This document shows, piece by piece, positions 1 through 13,929 of a stretch of 64,000 bases of DNA. This DNA is from Ruditapes philippinarum. Taxonomy: Eukaryota. Position 1 is the stretch's first letter. Each line of letters begins with the position of its first letter. The DNA lies in assembly GCF_026571515.1 (NCBI RefSeq), contig NW_026862101.1, forward strand, positions 434,001 through 498,000, in the 5' to 3' direction. A program made the position numbers and the translations under genes. The notes below the pieces were generated by a model. That model made no database searches. It saw only the letters and a list, made by a program, of their open reading frames with translations, and was not told the DNA's origin.

Positions 1-3000
1 TTTCATTCGAAGGGAATTCAGTGAAGCTAACATCACCCAAGTTGATAAGCCTTTTAGAGGGTTCTTTTGACAGTAAAAGCCACGAAGACAGCCTCAAGGA
101 ATTCGGTGAAGCTAACATCACCGACGGTGATAAGCCTTTTACAGGGTTCTTATAATTATAAACCCACGTTGATAGCCTAACGAAATACAGTAAAGCAAAC
201 ATCACCCACGGTGATAAGCGTTTTAGAGGGTTCGTACGGCAATAGTTCCCACAGTGATAGTCTCAGAGCATTCATTGAAGCTAGCATCACCCATATTGAT
301 AAGCCTCTCAGAGGGTTCTGATGACAATAAAAGCCACGATGATAGTCTCAGGGAATACAGTAAAGCTGAGGTCATCCACGGTGATAAGTCTTTTAGAAGG
401 TTCTTATGACAATAAAACCCAAGGTGATAGTCTCAGGGAATTTATTGAGGTTAACATCACCGACGGCGATTAAGCCTTTTAGAGGGTTCTTATGACAGTT
501 AATCCCACAGTGGCAGCTTCAGGGAATTCAGTGAAGCTACCATCACCCACGGTGATAAGCCTTTTAGACGGTTCTTATGACAATAAAACCCACGTTGATT
601 GCCTCATGAAATACAATGAAGCTAACGTCACGAACGGTGATAAGCCTTTATGAGTTTTTTCTTAGGAAATTCAGTGAAGCTAAAATCATCCACGGTAATA
701 ACTAATAAGCCTTTTTGCGGCTTCTGATGACAATAAAAGTCACGGTGATAGACTCAGCGAATTTAGTGAAGCTAACATCACCCACGATGATAAGCCTTCT
801 AGAGGGTCTTTATGACAATAAAACCCATGGTTACATTCGCAGGGAAATTAGCGAAGCTAACATCACCCTCGGTGAAAAGCCTTTGAGGGGATTTTTATGA
901 CAATAAATCCCACGGTAAAAGTCTTAGGGAATTTAGTGAAGCTAACATCACCCACGGTGGTAAGCCTTTTAGTAGATTCTTATGACAATAAAACCCAAGG
1001 TGATAGTCTCAGAGAATTCAATGAAGCTGACATCAGCCACAGCGATAAGCCTTTTAAAGTATTCTTATGACAATAAAACCCAGTGTGATAGTCTGAGGGA
1101 ATACAGTGAAGCTTACATCACCCACGTTGTAAAGTCATTCAGGGGGTTCTTATGACAATAAAACCCAAGTTGATAGCCTCAGGGAAATCAAGGAAGCTAA
1201 CATCACCCACGAGAATAAGCCTTTTAGAGGGTTCTTATAACAATAAAACCAACGGAGATGAGTCTCTGGGAATTTAGTGAAGCTAACATCACCCACGGTG
1301 GAAAGCCTTTTAGAAGATTCTTATGACAATAAAACCCAAGGTGATAGTCTCAGAGAATTCAGTGAAGCTGACATCAGCCACAGTGATAAGCCTTTTAGAG
1401 TATTCCTATGACAATAAAACCCTTTTAGAGGGTTTTTCTGACATTAACACCCACGGTGATTGTGTAAGGGAATTCAGTGAAGCGAACATTACCCGTGATG
1501 AAAGGGCTTTTACACGGTTCTTATGACAATTAAACCCAAGTTGATAGCCCCATGAAATACACTGAAGCTAACACAAACCACGGTGATAAGCCTTAGAAAA
1601 GGTTTTTTAATGACAATAAAACCTAAAGTGATAGTCTCAGATAATTCAGTGAAGCTAACACAACCCACGGTGATAAGCCTTTGAGTGGGTTTTTATGACA
1701 ATAAAACTCGAGGTGATAGTCTCAGGGAATTCGGTGATAAGCCTTTTAGAGGGTTCTTATGGCCCTAAAACCAACGGTGATAGTCTCTGGGAATTCAGTA
1801 AAGCTAACATCACACACGGTGAAAAGCCTTTTATAGGGTTCTTATGACAATAAAACCCGCGGTTATAGTCTCAGGGAATTCAGTGAAGCTAACATCAACC
1901 ACAATAATAAGCCTTTAGGAGGGTTCGTATGACAATAAAACCAACGGAGATAGTCTCAGGGAATTCAGTGAAGCTAACATCACCAACGATGATAGCCTTT
2001 TAGAGGGTTCTTCTGACAATAAATATCATGGTTTCATTCGCAGGGAAATGACTAAAGCTAATGTCACCCACGGTGATTAGCCTTTTAGAGGGTTCTTATG
2101 ACAATAAAACCCACGGTGACATTCGCAGGGGATTCAGTGAAGCTAACATCACCCACGGTGATAAGCCTTTTAGTGGGTTATTATGACAATAAAACCCACG
2201 TTGATAGTCTCATGAAATACAATGAAGCTAACATCTCACACGGTGATAAGCCTTTTAGAGGGTTGTTCTTAGGAAATTCAGTGAAGCTAACATCATCCAC
2301 GGTAATAAGCCTTTTTGCGGGTTCTGATGACAATAAAAGTCACGGTGATAGTCTCAGGGAATTTAGTGAAGCTAACATCACCCACTATGATAAGCCTTTT
2401 AGAGGGTTCTTATGACAATAAAACCCATGGTTACATTTGCAGGGAAATTGGCGAAGCTAACATCACCCTCGATGAAAAGCCTTTGAGGGGATTATTATGA
2501 CAATAAATCCCACGGTGATAGTCTAAGGGAATTTAGTGAAGCTAACATCACCCACGGTGGTAAGCCTTTTAGAGGATTTTTATGACAATAAAACCCAAGG
2601 TGATAGTCTCAGAGAATTCAGTGAAGCTAACATCACCCACGTTGTTAAGTCATTTAGGGGGTTCTTATGACAATAACACCCAAGTTGATAGCCTCAGGGA
2701 ATTCATGGAAGCTAACATCACCCACGATAATAAGCCTTTTAGAGGGGTCTAATAACAATAAATAGATAGTCTCTGGGAATTTAGTGAAGCTAACATTACC
2801 ACCGGTGATAAGCTTTTTAGAGGGTTCTTCTGACAATAAAACCCATGGTGATAGTCTCAAGGAATTCACTGAAGCTAACATCACCCACGGTGATAAACCT
2901 TTTAGAGGGTTTTTATGACAATAAAACCCATGGTTACATTCGCAGGGGATTCAGTTAAGCTTACATCTCCAATGGCGATACACCTTTTAGAGGGTTCTTA

Positions 3001-3890
3001 TTACAATAAAACCCACGGTGATAGTCTAAGGGGATAGTCTAAGGGGATTCAGTGAAGCTAACATCACCCGCGGTAATTAGCGTTTTAGGGGGGGGGGGGG
3101 GGTTCTTATAACAATAAAACCCATGGTTACATTCGAAGGGAAATTAGTGAAGCTAACATTACCCACGGTGATAAGCCTTTTAGAGGGTTCTTTTAACAAT
3201 GAAACCCAAGTTCATAGTCTCATGAAATACAATGAAGCTAACATCACCCACGGTGATAAGCATTTTAGAGGGTTCCAATGACAATAAAACCCATGGTTAC
3301 ATTCGAAGGGAATTCAGTGAAGCTATCACCACCCACGGTGATAACCCTTTTTGAGGGTTCTTATGACAATAAAATCAACGGTGATAGTCTTAGGAAATAC
3401 AGTGAAGCTAACATCACCCACGGTGATAAATCTTTTAGAGGGTTCCAATGACAATAAAACCCTTGGTTACATTCGCAGGGAATTCAGTGAAGCTAACATC
3501 ACCCACGGTAATAAGCCTTTAAGAGGGTTCTTATGACAGTAAAACCCGCGATGATAGTCTCAGAGATTTCATTGAAGCTAACATCGCCAACGATGATAAA
3601 CCTTTTAGAGGGTTCTTATGACAATAAAACCACAGTGATAATCTCTCTGATAAGCCTTTTAGAGGGTTTTTATGAAAAATAAAATCCATGTTGACAGCCT
3701 CATGGAATTCAGTGAAGCTAACATCAACTACGATGTTAACCTTTTTACACGGTTCTGATGGCAATAAAACCCACGGTAACAGCCTCAGGGAATTTAGTGA
3801 AGCAATATCAAGCACGGTGTGAGGCCTATTAGACGGTTCTTATGGCAATAAAGCCCACGGGACAGCGTCAAGGAAATAAGATTAGTGACG
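1..3890. repeat. 85-bp tandem satellite array (open at the left edge)
   Basis: Consensus GGGAATTCAGTGAAGCTAACATCACCCACGGTGATAAGCCTTTTAGAGGGTTCTTATGACAATAAAACCCACGGTGATAGTCTCA recurs about every 85 bp. The ORFs 715-3815 are translations of it. Confidence 0.95.
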
Positions 3891-4612
3891 CTAAATTCCA
3901 ATGGTAGGATTCTACGTCATCGCGCACCTGCTGAATGCTCCCACTTGGACCATTTTTTCGTCGACTCGAAGGTAAAATTCAATTTTATTTTAAGAAAACG
4001 TAAGAGTATTAAAAAAACATGTAGCGCACCAAAGAATGGCTATAGTACTTGAGATAATTGTAAAAAAAAAGTTTATAGATTCATTGCCTGATTTAGGCCT
4101 GAAAACGGGATAAGTGTTTTTTCTCTGAATGCTCCCACTCGGACTCGTGGTGATAGCCATATACGTATATCAATTTAGCACGGTAATATTTCTTAGTTAA
4201 AGAATTACAAGGTTAGATTTTTTTTGTTCTTATTTACCTATTATATTCAGTACACTTTCAATGAGAATTTCAAAACTGTTTAGATATAATTATAACAGTG
4301 CTGTTTTTAATTTTCATTTTAAAGGAAAATACTAAGCTGGTATATAACAGTTGAGGTTTTTGCACCCTGCTATATATCAGTGTAGTTTTTACAGAGATTG
4401 GAATGGGGTTTGGGTATCACACATCCTCAGTAACAAAAGACGTTGATTAATTAGCATATATTGCCTCATTTTTTTTCTAGGGTTTACCTTCGAAACAAAA
4501 GAGAAAGGGCACAAGAGAGGGAAAAGCACTGAACAAAATATTTTGCTGATTTCAGTTGCAATATTTTTTAAATTGCGATAAAACGTTACAATTCACGAAA
4601 CTCGTTAGAAAC

Positions 4613-4742
4613 AGGGATATAACACTGGCTGGGTGACATCTGGGGATATTTCTGCTGCAAAAACATTGTCTTCGCCAAACAACCCCGACATATTTTAAGC
4701 AGAAACTTCCATCAATGTCGCCCCAGCCAGTGTTATATCCTT
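4613..4742. mobile_element. Short palindromic MITE-like hairpin element
   Basis: Arms GGATATAACACTGGCTGGGTGACAT and ATGTCGCCCCAGCCAGTGTTATATCC are reverse complements. A related right arm lies at ~27120-27165. Confidence 0.6.
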
Positions 4743-4969
4743 CAACTAACTCGTTTCATGTATCTTAACTATTATTATATATAACATTTGAAAACGCTAG
4801 GGTTAATTAATATCGTCACGTTTTTCTTACACGTATTTGCAACTTGGACGAGTCTATTCAGTTTGCTGCTAGATTTTATCGTTTTTTAATCAAACACCTT
4901 CACGTTCATAATACAAAGCTTGAGCCAGAATACAAGATTTATATATTCAGCAGAACTCGAGAATAAAAC

Positions 4970-5842
4970 CTAAAGTGACTGTATTGATCGTGCACTTTGG
5001 TGAAGATTCATATCGTTCCGATTAAGTGAAGACGATTTTATTAATCTCTCAATTGATTTTTCGTCAACTGACTTCGATTTGTTCTTCAATATTACAGTGA
5101 CTGTTAAACCATCTACCCCATCAGACGAAACAGTTCTGTTGTGACTGTTAATAGGTGGTAATTTAGGTACAGACGAGGCCTTTTTGGGTGGAGCCGTTTG
5201 AAAACTACACGTGTTACTTAAACCGGAAGTCAATGACGTCATACTCTGAAAATGTGAAGGTGGATCTTCATATTCGCTAAGTGATCTGACGCTTCGGAAT
5301 CGAATAAGCTTTCCAAACCGGAAGTCACTGTCATGCAACTTAGCAACAGAAAGTCTGTCTATCATGTCTTGAACTTGTTGTGGTGTCTTTTTCGAATGCT
5401 TCCTTCTGGCGGATATTGATTCATGGGAATCACAATATGAACACCTTCTAAATGAATCAATCTTTTGTTTATTTTGATTGTCTTTGTTTGCTGTCGATAG
5501 CTTCTGCTCTTCTTCATTGTCATCCTCATTCCGCCTTGTAATTTTTCTGAATGGATAAAGCCTGTTAACCAAGGAGTCTACAGTTTTCCGCGGAAGTGAC
5601 CTTAGCGCAGGCGCACTAGGTAGGACAATGTCGTATTGCTGCGAATATTCGAAACATTTTCGTGGTAATTTTGACGCTCGTCTTTTAATCTGGGCTTCTT
5701 TTACTCGATCTAGAACAGTCAACTGATTTGGATTTTCTCGAAAATCATATTTATCTAATGCTATTTTCAAGTTTCGCTTTGCTTGGCGCCTCTTTTTCTT
5801 GTCTTTTGAACTTCCGCTTGAATATTCGAAACTTGACGTCAT
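4970..5842 (-). CDS. Cluster gene A: uncharacterised basic protein, 290 aa, single coding exon (PRAPAF/VxRL family)
   Basis: Long ORF in AT-rich DNA; first ATG at 5842 (the track starts at a GTG). Contains the family motif FEYSQQYDIVLPSAPALRSLPRKTVDSLVNRLY and a second repeat, KKTPQQVQDMIDRLS. Confidence 0.85.
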   Translation of the reverse strand: MTSSFEYSSGSSKDKKKRRQAKRNLKIALDKYDFRENPNQLTVLDRVKEAQIKRRASKLPRKCFEYSQQYDIVLPSAPALRSLPRKTVDSLVNRLYPFRKITRRNEDDNEEEQKLSTANKDNQNKQKIDSFRRCSYCDSHESISARRKHSKKTPQQVQDMIDRLSVAKLHDSDFRFGKLIRFRSVRSLSEYEDPPSHFQSMTSLTSGLSNTCSFQTAPPKKASSVPKLPPINSHNRTVSSDGVDGLTVTVILKNKSKSVDEKSIERLIKSSSLNRNDMNLHQSARSIQSL

Positions 5843-6835
5843 TATATTGCTTGTCACATCTTATTTGAACAAAATGTTAATTAATATCTTTTTTAACGAA
5901 TAAAAATTGTATACACAAAATAATGTTAAGATATACTATAGTTCCATTTTAACACCTTTATATAAACGTGTCCATTTAATATCAAATTAAAATTGGTTCA
6001 CATTTAGCCATTTCTATTTGGCAGACTGAAAAAGTTTGAACAAAAGAATTGTGTCACGGTGTTGGCGTAATTTTAATGACACTGATATCTAGAGTGGAAT
6101 GAATGATTGAAAAGTTTTACTTCATATTGTTTACACATTTTTCTATTCACTGTATTATTTGAGACATAACTATTGATATAAGATATAAATCCTTTCATAA
6201 TGGGACATAATGAACATGAGATTTTTTTCTTCAAATTTTGTAGTTGAAAAATAATTGTCTAAAACGAATACAGTTCAGTTCTTATATTAGTAACTCATTT
6301 TTTATATGTTTTACTCTCGTTTTTCTCTCTCTTTTTCTGCCGATCACAAATTAACAAAATTGTCTTTAGCTACAAATCCATCACCATCAGCAAATTCGTA
6401 AATTATTGAACGTTAAGGGGAGAAGAAATTAACGTTGTTCGGCATAGTAAGACATTGACAAAAATCTGTACGATAGCTGATTTAAGGTATTGTTATTTGC
6501 TGATGATATTTTTCCAGTTATACCAGTTCGTATATTTTATTCTTAGGCGGTAAATAGTCTAGAAAAGTGGAGATTCTCTGGGAGCAATTGAAACAAAAAT
6601 AAAAAATGAATAATTTACAGTCTATTTGATAAAGTCTGATTGTGAGATGTAATGAATACTACAAATTTAATGTAGTAATACAGTAAGTACGTATGAAATA
6701 GAATGAGACAATTGAAAATTGATGTATCTTTTACATGTATGTCAACGCAAACTTTGGAAAAACGTTTTAATATATTACAAGAAAAGTTAAATATTAACTG
6801 ATTTTCTAGAGTAAACAATACAATTTGAAGAGCAA

Positions 6836-6882
<47 letters not shown>

Positions 6883-6911
6883 AAAAATAAAATATAAATA
6901 AATAAATAAAT
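6836..6911. repeat. (TAAA)n microsatellite
   Basis: Direct reading. Confidence 0.9.
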
Positions 6912-7156
6912 GGAAAAATAAAAGTTAGATTTTTATACAGAATGTAATTATTTTATACAAATAAAAAGATAAATGAAAATAAAATACATAGATATAAAAT
7001 AAAATAGATAGATAAATAAATTATTTTTTTTTAATACAGAATGGAATTGTTTAATACAAATGAAAAGATAAATAAAAACAAAACAAATAAATATGTCACT
7101 TTTGTATCATCTCTTAAGTTACGCCGTTGATGAGAAAACGTTCTTTACCGACTGTA

Positions 7157-7720
7157 TCATTTCTTTTTAGCTTTCCTATTTGAAGTTGCTGACTTTGGTT
7201 GCAAGACAACCTTTTCCCGCTGTCTTAATATAGTGATTTGAGTCTTAGAGCGGTACAGTCTGTCAAACACATTGCTGGTACCATTTTTGTCAGAATCTTG
7301 CTTTCCCTTTGCTTTGTTAGACTCAGATGACGTCACAGGTTTGTCGTCTGTTGCAACAACAGTTTCTGTCGGTTCACTATCCGTTCCTGACGTCTCTTGC
7401 TCTTCTTTAGGTTCATTCGTATCACTTGGACTAGTTAGCCTTTCCACGACATTTTCTACCTTCTTTCTGGAGAGCGTCTCAAATGCTGGCGCACGTGGCA
7501 TCACGGTTTTATATTTGCGATTATATTCAAATGATTTTTCTGGCCATTTAAAAGCCTTTGCTCGTATCATGTTTTCGTGGATTCTGTCCAGGTAATTAAT
7601 TCCGTCATGGGATACAGGTGGTCGAAGGCGATAGCCACTGGACACTATGTTGCCACTATAGATGTGACGGATATCAAGATTTGTGATGTCACGATACGAA
7701 TATCGAAATCCTGTCGACAT
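7157..7720 (-). CDS. Cluster gene B: uncharacterised protein, 187 aa, single coding exon
   Basis: ATG-initiated ORF with N-motif FRYSYRDITNLDIRHIYSG, core motif FEYNRKYKTVMPRAPAFETLSRKKVENVVERLTSP and C-terminal NVFDRLY. Confidence 0.9.
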   Translation of the reverse strand: MSTGFRYSYRDITNLDIRHIYSGNIVSSGYRLRPPVSHDGINYLDRIHENMIRAKAFKWPEKSFEYNRKYKTVMPRAPAFETLSRKKVENVVERLTSPSDTNEPKEEQETSGTDSEPTETVVATDDKPVTSSESNKAKGKQDSDKNGTSNVFDRLYRSKTQITILRQREKVVLQPKSATSNRKAKKK

Positions 7721-8484
7721 TTTGGAATTCTTATGTCACAATTCAGATCACAATAAAACAGTTGATATCCATATTATATTTTTCTCAGCAGAAACGAATA
7801 GCGATGTAAAATCAGTTAAATGTTTTTTCAAAAAGATACTTCCAACAAATATTCTATCCTCAGAACAGTTTTATATTAATTTATCAATTTTATCATAAAA
7901 CGATGCATATATAGAATATACTTCTTTATGACTTTGTAAGTGAACACTGTTTGCATACATTATTTAACGTTACAACTTTTATTCTATTGTACACAGACAT
8001 TGACTTAATTTTCACAGTAGATAAAAACAAATTCCATTGTTTTCAGTTTAAAGCTGTGCGGTGTCGTATTTCATTTGAACGTTTCCACTCAATTAGTTTT
8101 CATTGCCCGTTTGATTCTCTTGTGTTATTTACGAAAGTAATATATGTGTGTCTCGTGCAAATGTTATTATTCTTTTAACAAAACGCGTTTTGTTTTGGAT
8201 TCAATTTTCATATCAATGAAAATTACAAAGAAATTGTAAAATAATTAATAGAGTGACATTTTCGAAACCATTTTCACTCAGGCGGGACGAACGAGAACTC
8301 TGCTTAATGATTGATATTGTAGATGGTATAGTTGTTTATCTCCCTTGTATCGTATTGTTTGCGATACCACTTCTCATTGGCGTGTGTCAACCTTTGAACG
8401 CGATGGACGGCAATATATATGGCACAACAAGAACGCCGGAAGTGCCGGTGTGACTAAACCATTAACCTGCTTGCACTGAGCGTG

Positions 8485-9057
8485 ATAAGCCCTAGCCAGG
8501 CCAGCCTGCATGTTCGTGCCTTCGTCCTTCCGTCCGTCCGAATTTCGTTTCCGCGCTAGTTCCCTGCAACTACTAGCTGGATTTCAACGAAACTGTATGG
8601 GAACCATCAATAGCAATAGGAGATGCGCATATCGTCGCCTTGTTCCGGTCAAGCTCTTTAACTCAGAGTTATGACCCTTGATTAGTTATATAGTATGCAT
8701 ATAGAGCAATAATCGTTTCCGCGCTTCTTCTCTGCAACTACTGGCTGGAATTCAACGAATCTTTATGAAAACCATCAATACCAAAAGGAGATGTGTATAT
8801 CGTTGCTTTGTTACGGTCAGATCTTCAACACAGAGTTATGGCCCGTGATTAGTTATGCAGTATGCATATAGAGCAATATTGCTATTTCTTTTCAACTCCT
8901 GGAATGTTTTCAACAAGACTTTATGGAAACCATCAATACGAAAAGGAAATTTGCATGCTAAGATAAATTTATGTAAATAAAGCCTTATGCCTCCAGCTGT
9001 TGTGTTAGAAATAAGCAGTACTTGGCGGGGGATATAAATTCAACGAAATTGCTTGTT
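8485..9057 (+). mobile_element. Helentron-associated non-autonomous element (HINE/DINE-1-like)
   Basis: (GTCC)n microsatellite at ~8523-8540, about 2.4 tandem copies of a 168-bp core (CGTTTCCGCGC at 8546 and 8714), and a 3' end GGCGGGGGATA...GCTTGTT. Confidence 0.65.
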
Positions 9058-10297
9058 TGAAATAAAAGCTAACGGAACATGGGTATTTGTTTGTAGGAAC
9101 TGCAAGTATTGTAAGGAAACGTTAGCATGAATTATTTAACATTCTGGTGTGATGTTGCATTGATGAAATACTGACATAATTTAAACTAACAAACTACACA
9201 CCTTGTAGTTGAAACAATTTAACCATTTTATAGCTAAGTAATCTTGTATAGATTTTCACCTTAATCAGTCATCATTTTAAGGAAAAGTTTTAGAATATGA
9301 CTTGACTGATAAGCAAAAAGTGCAGACCATGATCAGACGGCAGGGATGTACCGGCTAATATTGGTCAGCACTGGTCGCATGGGTAAAATCTATCGCCGCA
9401 AATACGCTAAGGGTTGAACTATACGGTATGTATATACAATATAATGTTGCGCTTTTCGTAGAGTTACATAATTATTTTGTTCTACATTAAACGTAAGTTT
9501 AAAGTATCATTTTTTAACATCACGTTTATATCCTGAGTTGCTGACGTTCTTATATATTATTTGAAAAATTTCACTTTTGCCACCCATATTATGGTGGCTA
9601 ATGTGTGCCATGTCGGATTTTCGCGCGGCGCTGCGCAAGGCTTCCAGGGAGCAAAAGTACGACATTGCGCAAATCAGCCATCATAACATCAATATCCGAG
9701 TGTTGACGGAATTTCACGGAAGTCTAACAGTGTTTTTTTTTCATTGCTTTTTACTTTAATTATATAATTATAATAAATAAACGTTTCTCTATAACATGTA
9801 TCTATACAATCAGTGAAAAGAGAAACAAAACGATCAATATAAATACGAGAACGTTTTTTAAAACACTACTTTATTTCAACATCTTATCAGGTTATTGATC
9901 ATAATTAAAATTTGAATTTTTTGTAAACTTAAACACTTTAGAAGTGTTTGTTCGTAAATGGTCCAAACCAATTTTTTTTATCTTACTATCTTTTGCGGTA
10001 TTTATCTCTGTTCGATTCAATCTATCAAACTGTTTTGTTTATCCCTACCGCCTAAACTTGCATGGTACAGCAAAACACAAAAGGGTATTTGTGTTAATCT
10101 GCATTTAAATACCATCGTGATCATTAGTGGCTTTTTCACATTTCATCGAACAAATTTGTTAAGTTGTTAAATACCCTTTTGGTATTTAATAGCCCGTGAT
10201 TTGTCATTGAGATAAACATCTTTATTGTCTTGATTTGTATGCTATGATCCGCCTATCTAAGTTTAGCACAATTTAATTGAAGAATGAATGATATCTA

Positions 10298-10835
10298 CGG
10301 AAGTCCGGTAGGGACATTTCATCTTCATGAATTCCCAGTTTCATACGAATTAAACTTCAAAATTCACGTTTTTAAATTCACGAATTCACCTTTGCAACTT
10401 CAACTTAACGAATTCACTTTATACTTCAACTGTTGAAATCATATCGTGAAATAAAAATCGTGAATTCATAAAGTTAAATTCGCAAAGTCGAAATCGTGAA
10501 TTCATGAATTTGAAATCGTGAATTCGTGAAGTTGGAATCGTGAATTCGTGAAGATGAAATCGTGAATTCACGAAGTGGGATTCATGAATTTGAGATCGTG
10601 ATTTCGTGAAGTTGAAATCGCGAATTTGTAAAGTTGAAATCGTGAATTCACGAAGTTAAATTCGTGAAGTTAAAATAGTGAATTCGTGAAGATTAAATCG
10701 GAAATGAGTAAAGTTGAAAGCGTGAATTCATGAAGCTGAAATCGTGAATTTCGTATGTTGAAAACGTGAATTCATGGAATTCATGAAGATGAAAATGGGA
10801 ATTTGTAAAGTTGAAAAGTCCCCGTCGGTCTTTCG
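10298..10835. mobile_element. Non-autonomous TIR DNA transposon with internal ~21-bp minisatellite
   Basis: Imperfect TIRs CGGAAGTCCGGTAGGGAC and GTCCCCGTCGGTCTTTCG flanked by TA. The interior is made of (TCGTGAATTCGTGAAGTTGAAA)-like units. Confidence 0.75.
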
Positions 10836-11376
10836 TAGATATCCCCTTCTGATAATGCTTCTAGATATATTTGTCAGCGCAGTGCTAAAATATTTAAAAA
10901 GACAATTATGATACCTTATAGAAGCACACTATAGTATCACAACAGGCTTTTAAAAATGGTTGACAATAGTAAGGAACATACGTAACATTATAGTATTGTT
11001 GAAATTTTAAGAAAAATGCTTTAAATTACGAAATATTTTCATAATGAAACAATAAACAGTGACAATGATTTAGATGTGTTATATAATAGATATATATAGA
11101 CAAAAGGAATGATTGTACATTGAAAAACGCTGTCAAGATTTGTTAAGAAAGCTTAGTTGCAAAAATGGAACTCTGAAATAAACTTGTATATCTGTTTTTC
11201 GTTATTTTATATCCCTGTCGTTTCTTTCCGGTAAAGTGAAAAAGTAAAGTTTGAGTGTAAAAAGATAACTGAATTAATTCTAAAAACATCACAAGGTTCC
11301 TGAGCTGCGTTGGTGTTTTAAGGAAATCTTAATCAGCGGAACTGCTGTGGATTTTGTTGATTTATATCAATTTTCG

Positions 11377-13053
11377 ATGGCATTTAGCATCGGTTACGTA
11401 GGAGTGTGTCAGAAGAATATTCAGCATCTCTATACCACAAGATCATTAAAAGAACCGGCTAAACGAAAGTCGCCACAATACAAGGTGAGTATAAGGCTTA
11501 AAAGCCCCTGGCCTGCAAACTTGAAACGAAAGAGACTGGCTATTGTCACCAGTATAGAATTTTGAACCAGGTCAGCCTGCACATCCATGCATTCTGTCTA
11601 CGCATTTTTCTGTAATTTGTTTTAAATTCTTGTATTTTGATGCATGCATTGGAATCACTTAAATTTGTTAACGACAGTGCCAAATTCAAAACAGAGCAAA
11701 TCAGTAACTCTAATTCAGCTAGAGGGCGAAATGGTCAATATAAACATCATATACATTCTCTCTTGAATTTGATTCTTTCAGTGTTTGAAAGTTTTGTTTC
11801 AGATTTCTTTACAAATATTTTTTTCAAGACCAGCATTTAACTTACTAGCACTATTCTATTACATAAAGATCTTAAAATATCCCACAACTGTTGTGAATAG
11901 AAATAAGTTGCCTATAACACCAATCTTCGAACAAATATATGATTAAAACACACCCACCATTTTCCAGTTGAATATTTAAATATATACATGTATATATACG
12001 TATATATTAATTGGAGCAAGAATATTGTTAGATAAAGGCCCATTATTCCCAAGAAATGCTTTTATGTATATTTGTCAAAAACATTTTATTTTTCATGTCT
12101 TGTTATAGTTTAGAAAATGTTTCTAATTGGGCAATTACATGCAGTCTTTGTTTTCGGCATTTAGTACATCTATAGTGATGTAATTCTTTATGGAAATCAA
12201 AATACTACTTTGTTTACATATTGCTACTGTTTTTAACAAATAATTTCACATTCAGAGTTACTTTTTAGGTGATAGCGTCTTACAATGATAACGTACAAAC
12301 TTTGTATGGGAATCTGCGTTCTTTATTACTCGTCTATAGTACACGTAAAGTTGGTCCTTTCTTAAAAAATAACTGCCAGTTTTTTTTAATGACACTGATA
12401 TTCATATTGTGTCTATTTATAGTGTGTAGGATTTTTTGCAAATTATATTCACTTTGTGTGAAGTCCAACATTTTTATTTCAAATTAACAAAAATACTGTA
12501 TAGCAATTGTCAATATTTGCACATACGTATATCATATTCAAGCCGAGAACGGGTTTGTCTTATATGATAATTTATAATATATATAGTATGATTAAGAGAA
12601 GCTTTATGAGGTATGCTACAAGTGATACAAACATGTTTTTTTGTTGTTTTTTTCCAGCCTGGGTTTTTGAATGATTTAGACGCAGATAGAATAAAGCGGC
12701 AGAGAAATCGACCATTTATGGAGTACGACTCGAAAAACGACATAGAACTTCCGAAAGCAAAGGCATTCCGAAACATTCCTAAACCGGAAGTGGATGAAAT
12801 TGTCAAGCGTTTGACAATGCCACCAAAAGAAAGATTCAAATTTCAGTATACGGATCACCTTGGTTATAACGATTGGCGGACTGCAAGGGACGAGAAGATT
12901 TATCATTTACGGGAAACGTTGAGCAAATTTGGAGGGAACAAGAGTCACGTGATGCCGCCGGCAGTGAAAGAGGAGGAAAAAACGAACAAGAAAGATAAAA
13001 AACATAAGAAAAATAAAAAACGGAAACACGAGGAATCATTTCCAGAACTATAA
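11377..13053 (+). CDS. Cluster gene C: 167 aa, 2 exons (11377-11484, 12658-13053)
   Basis: Exon 1 MAFSIGYVGVCQKNIQHLY...PQYK ends at AAG|GTGAGT. Exon 2 follows a poly-T tract and CAG|CCT; the phase-0 join is in frame. Core motif EYDSKNDIELPKAKAFRNIPKPEVDEIVKRLTMP; Lys-rich tail. Confidence 0.85.
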
Positions 13054-13929
13054 CTTTATGAAGATACAATGAGTTAATATGATAATGTTGTATATTGTAT
13101 TCATAGCATGTTTGTTCTTTTAAACTCGGAATTACGTTTTGAAATTTGTTGTCTTGTATACAAAAAGTATATTAATTAGCATGCTAATTATAATGTATTC
13201 ATAATATGTGTATATAAATTAGAGCTTTCGTTTGGATATTTTCCATCCATTTTGATCCATTTTAATACTCATTGAGTTAGTAACGGTTATATTTAGTACT
13301 TGTGCGTATAAACGACAAATTAGATGTAAAATACAGAAATGTAACGTGTGTTCCGGCGGGGGTTAAAGAGACATTACTGCCTTAAGTGTTTGATCGAAGT
13401 AATGTTTTGTTTAATGTCTTGAATATCGTGCAAAAAATGTTTTCTCTTTCTTCAAAGCGCTTGTTTTTATTTCTCAACAGCTTTTATTTTTTTGTATTAT
13501 TTTATAGTTTCCAAAATGTTACTCATTGGCAAATTATCTGAACCATTTTCTTCTGTTGCATTTCTGTTGGCAAATAGTACAATTATAGTGGTTTAATATT
13601 TTGTATGGAAGTCAAAATACTACTTTGTTAAATTTGCTATTGTCACGACAAATAAGTTTACATTTAGCACTGCTTTATTAAGATAATATAATAAGCATCT
13701 ATAACATACTCTTAAAACCTTTATTTTAACATAATCAAAATCTCATGATTGGCCTTTCTGAAGAAGTATACATTAATCCATTTCTGAGGCATATGTGCCT
13801 TTAATGTCAGGTCTAAGTTAAATGGTATATATATCTTTGTTGTTTTGTTAACCTATTTGAACTGCTGTAAATAAATGGTTTCCTACAGTGTGGCATTGTT
13901 AGTGTCTTTATTCCGGTTATTTTCAATAT

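Noticed and set aside
1-3890. Regular repeats resembling a CRISPR array, and the ORFs at 715-3815
   Set aside because: There are no unique spacers and no cas genes, and the context is eukaryotic. The ORFs are frame-shifting translations of an 85-bp satellite.
7272-7595. 107-aa plus-strand ORF; likewise the antisense ORFs over genes C, D and the Star-like exons
   Set aside because: These are shadow ORFs on the opposite strand of real coding exons.
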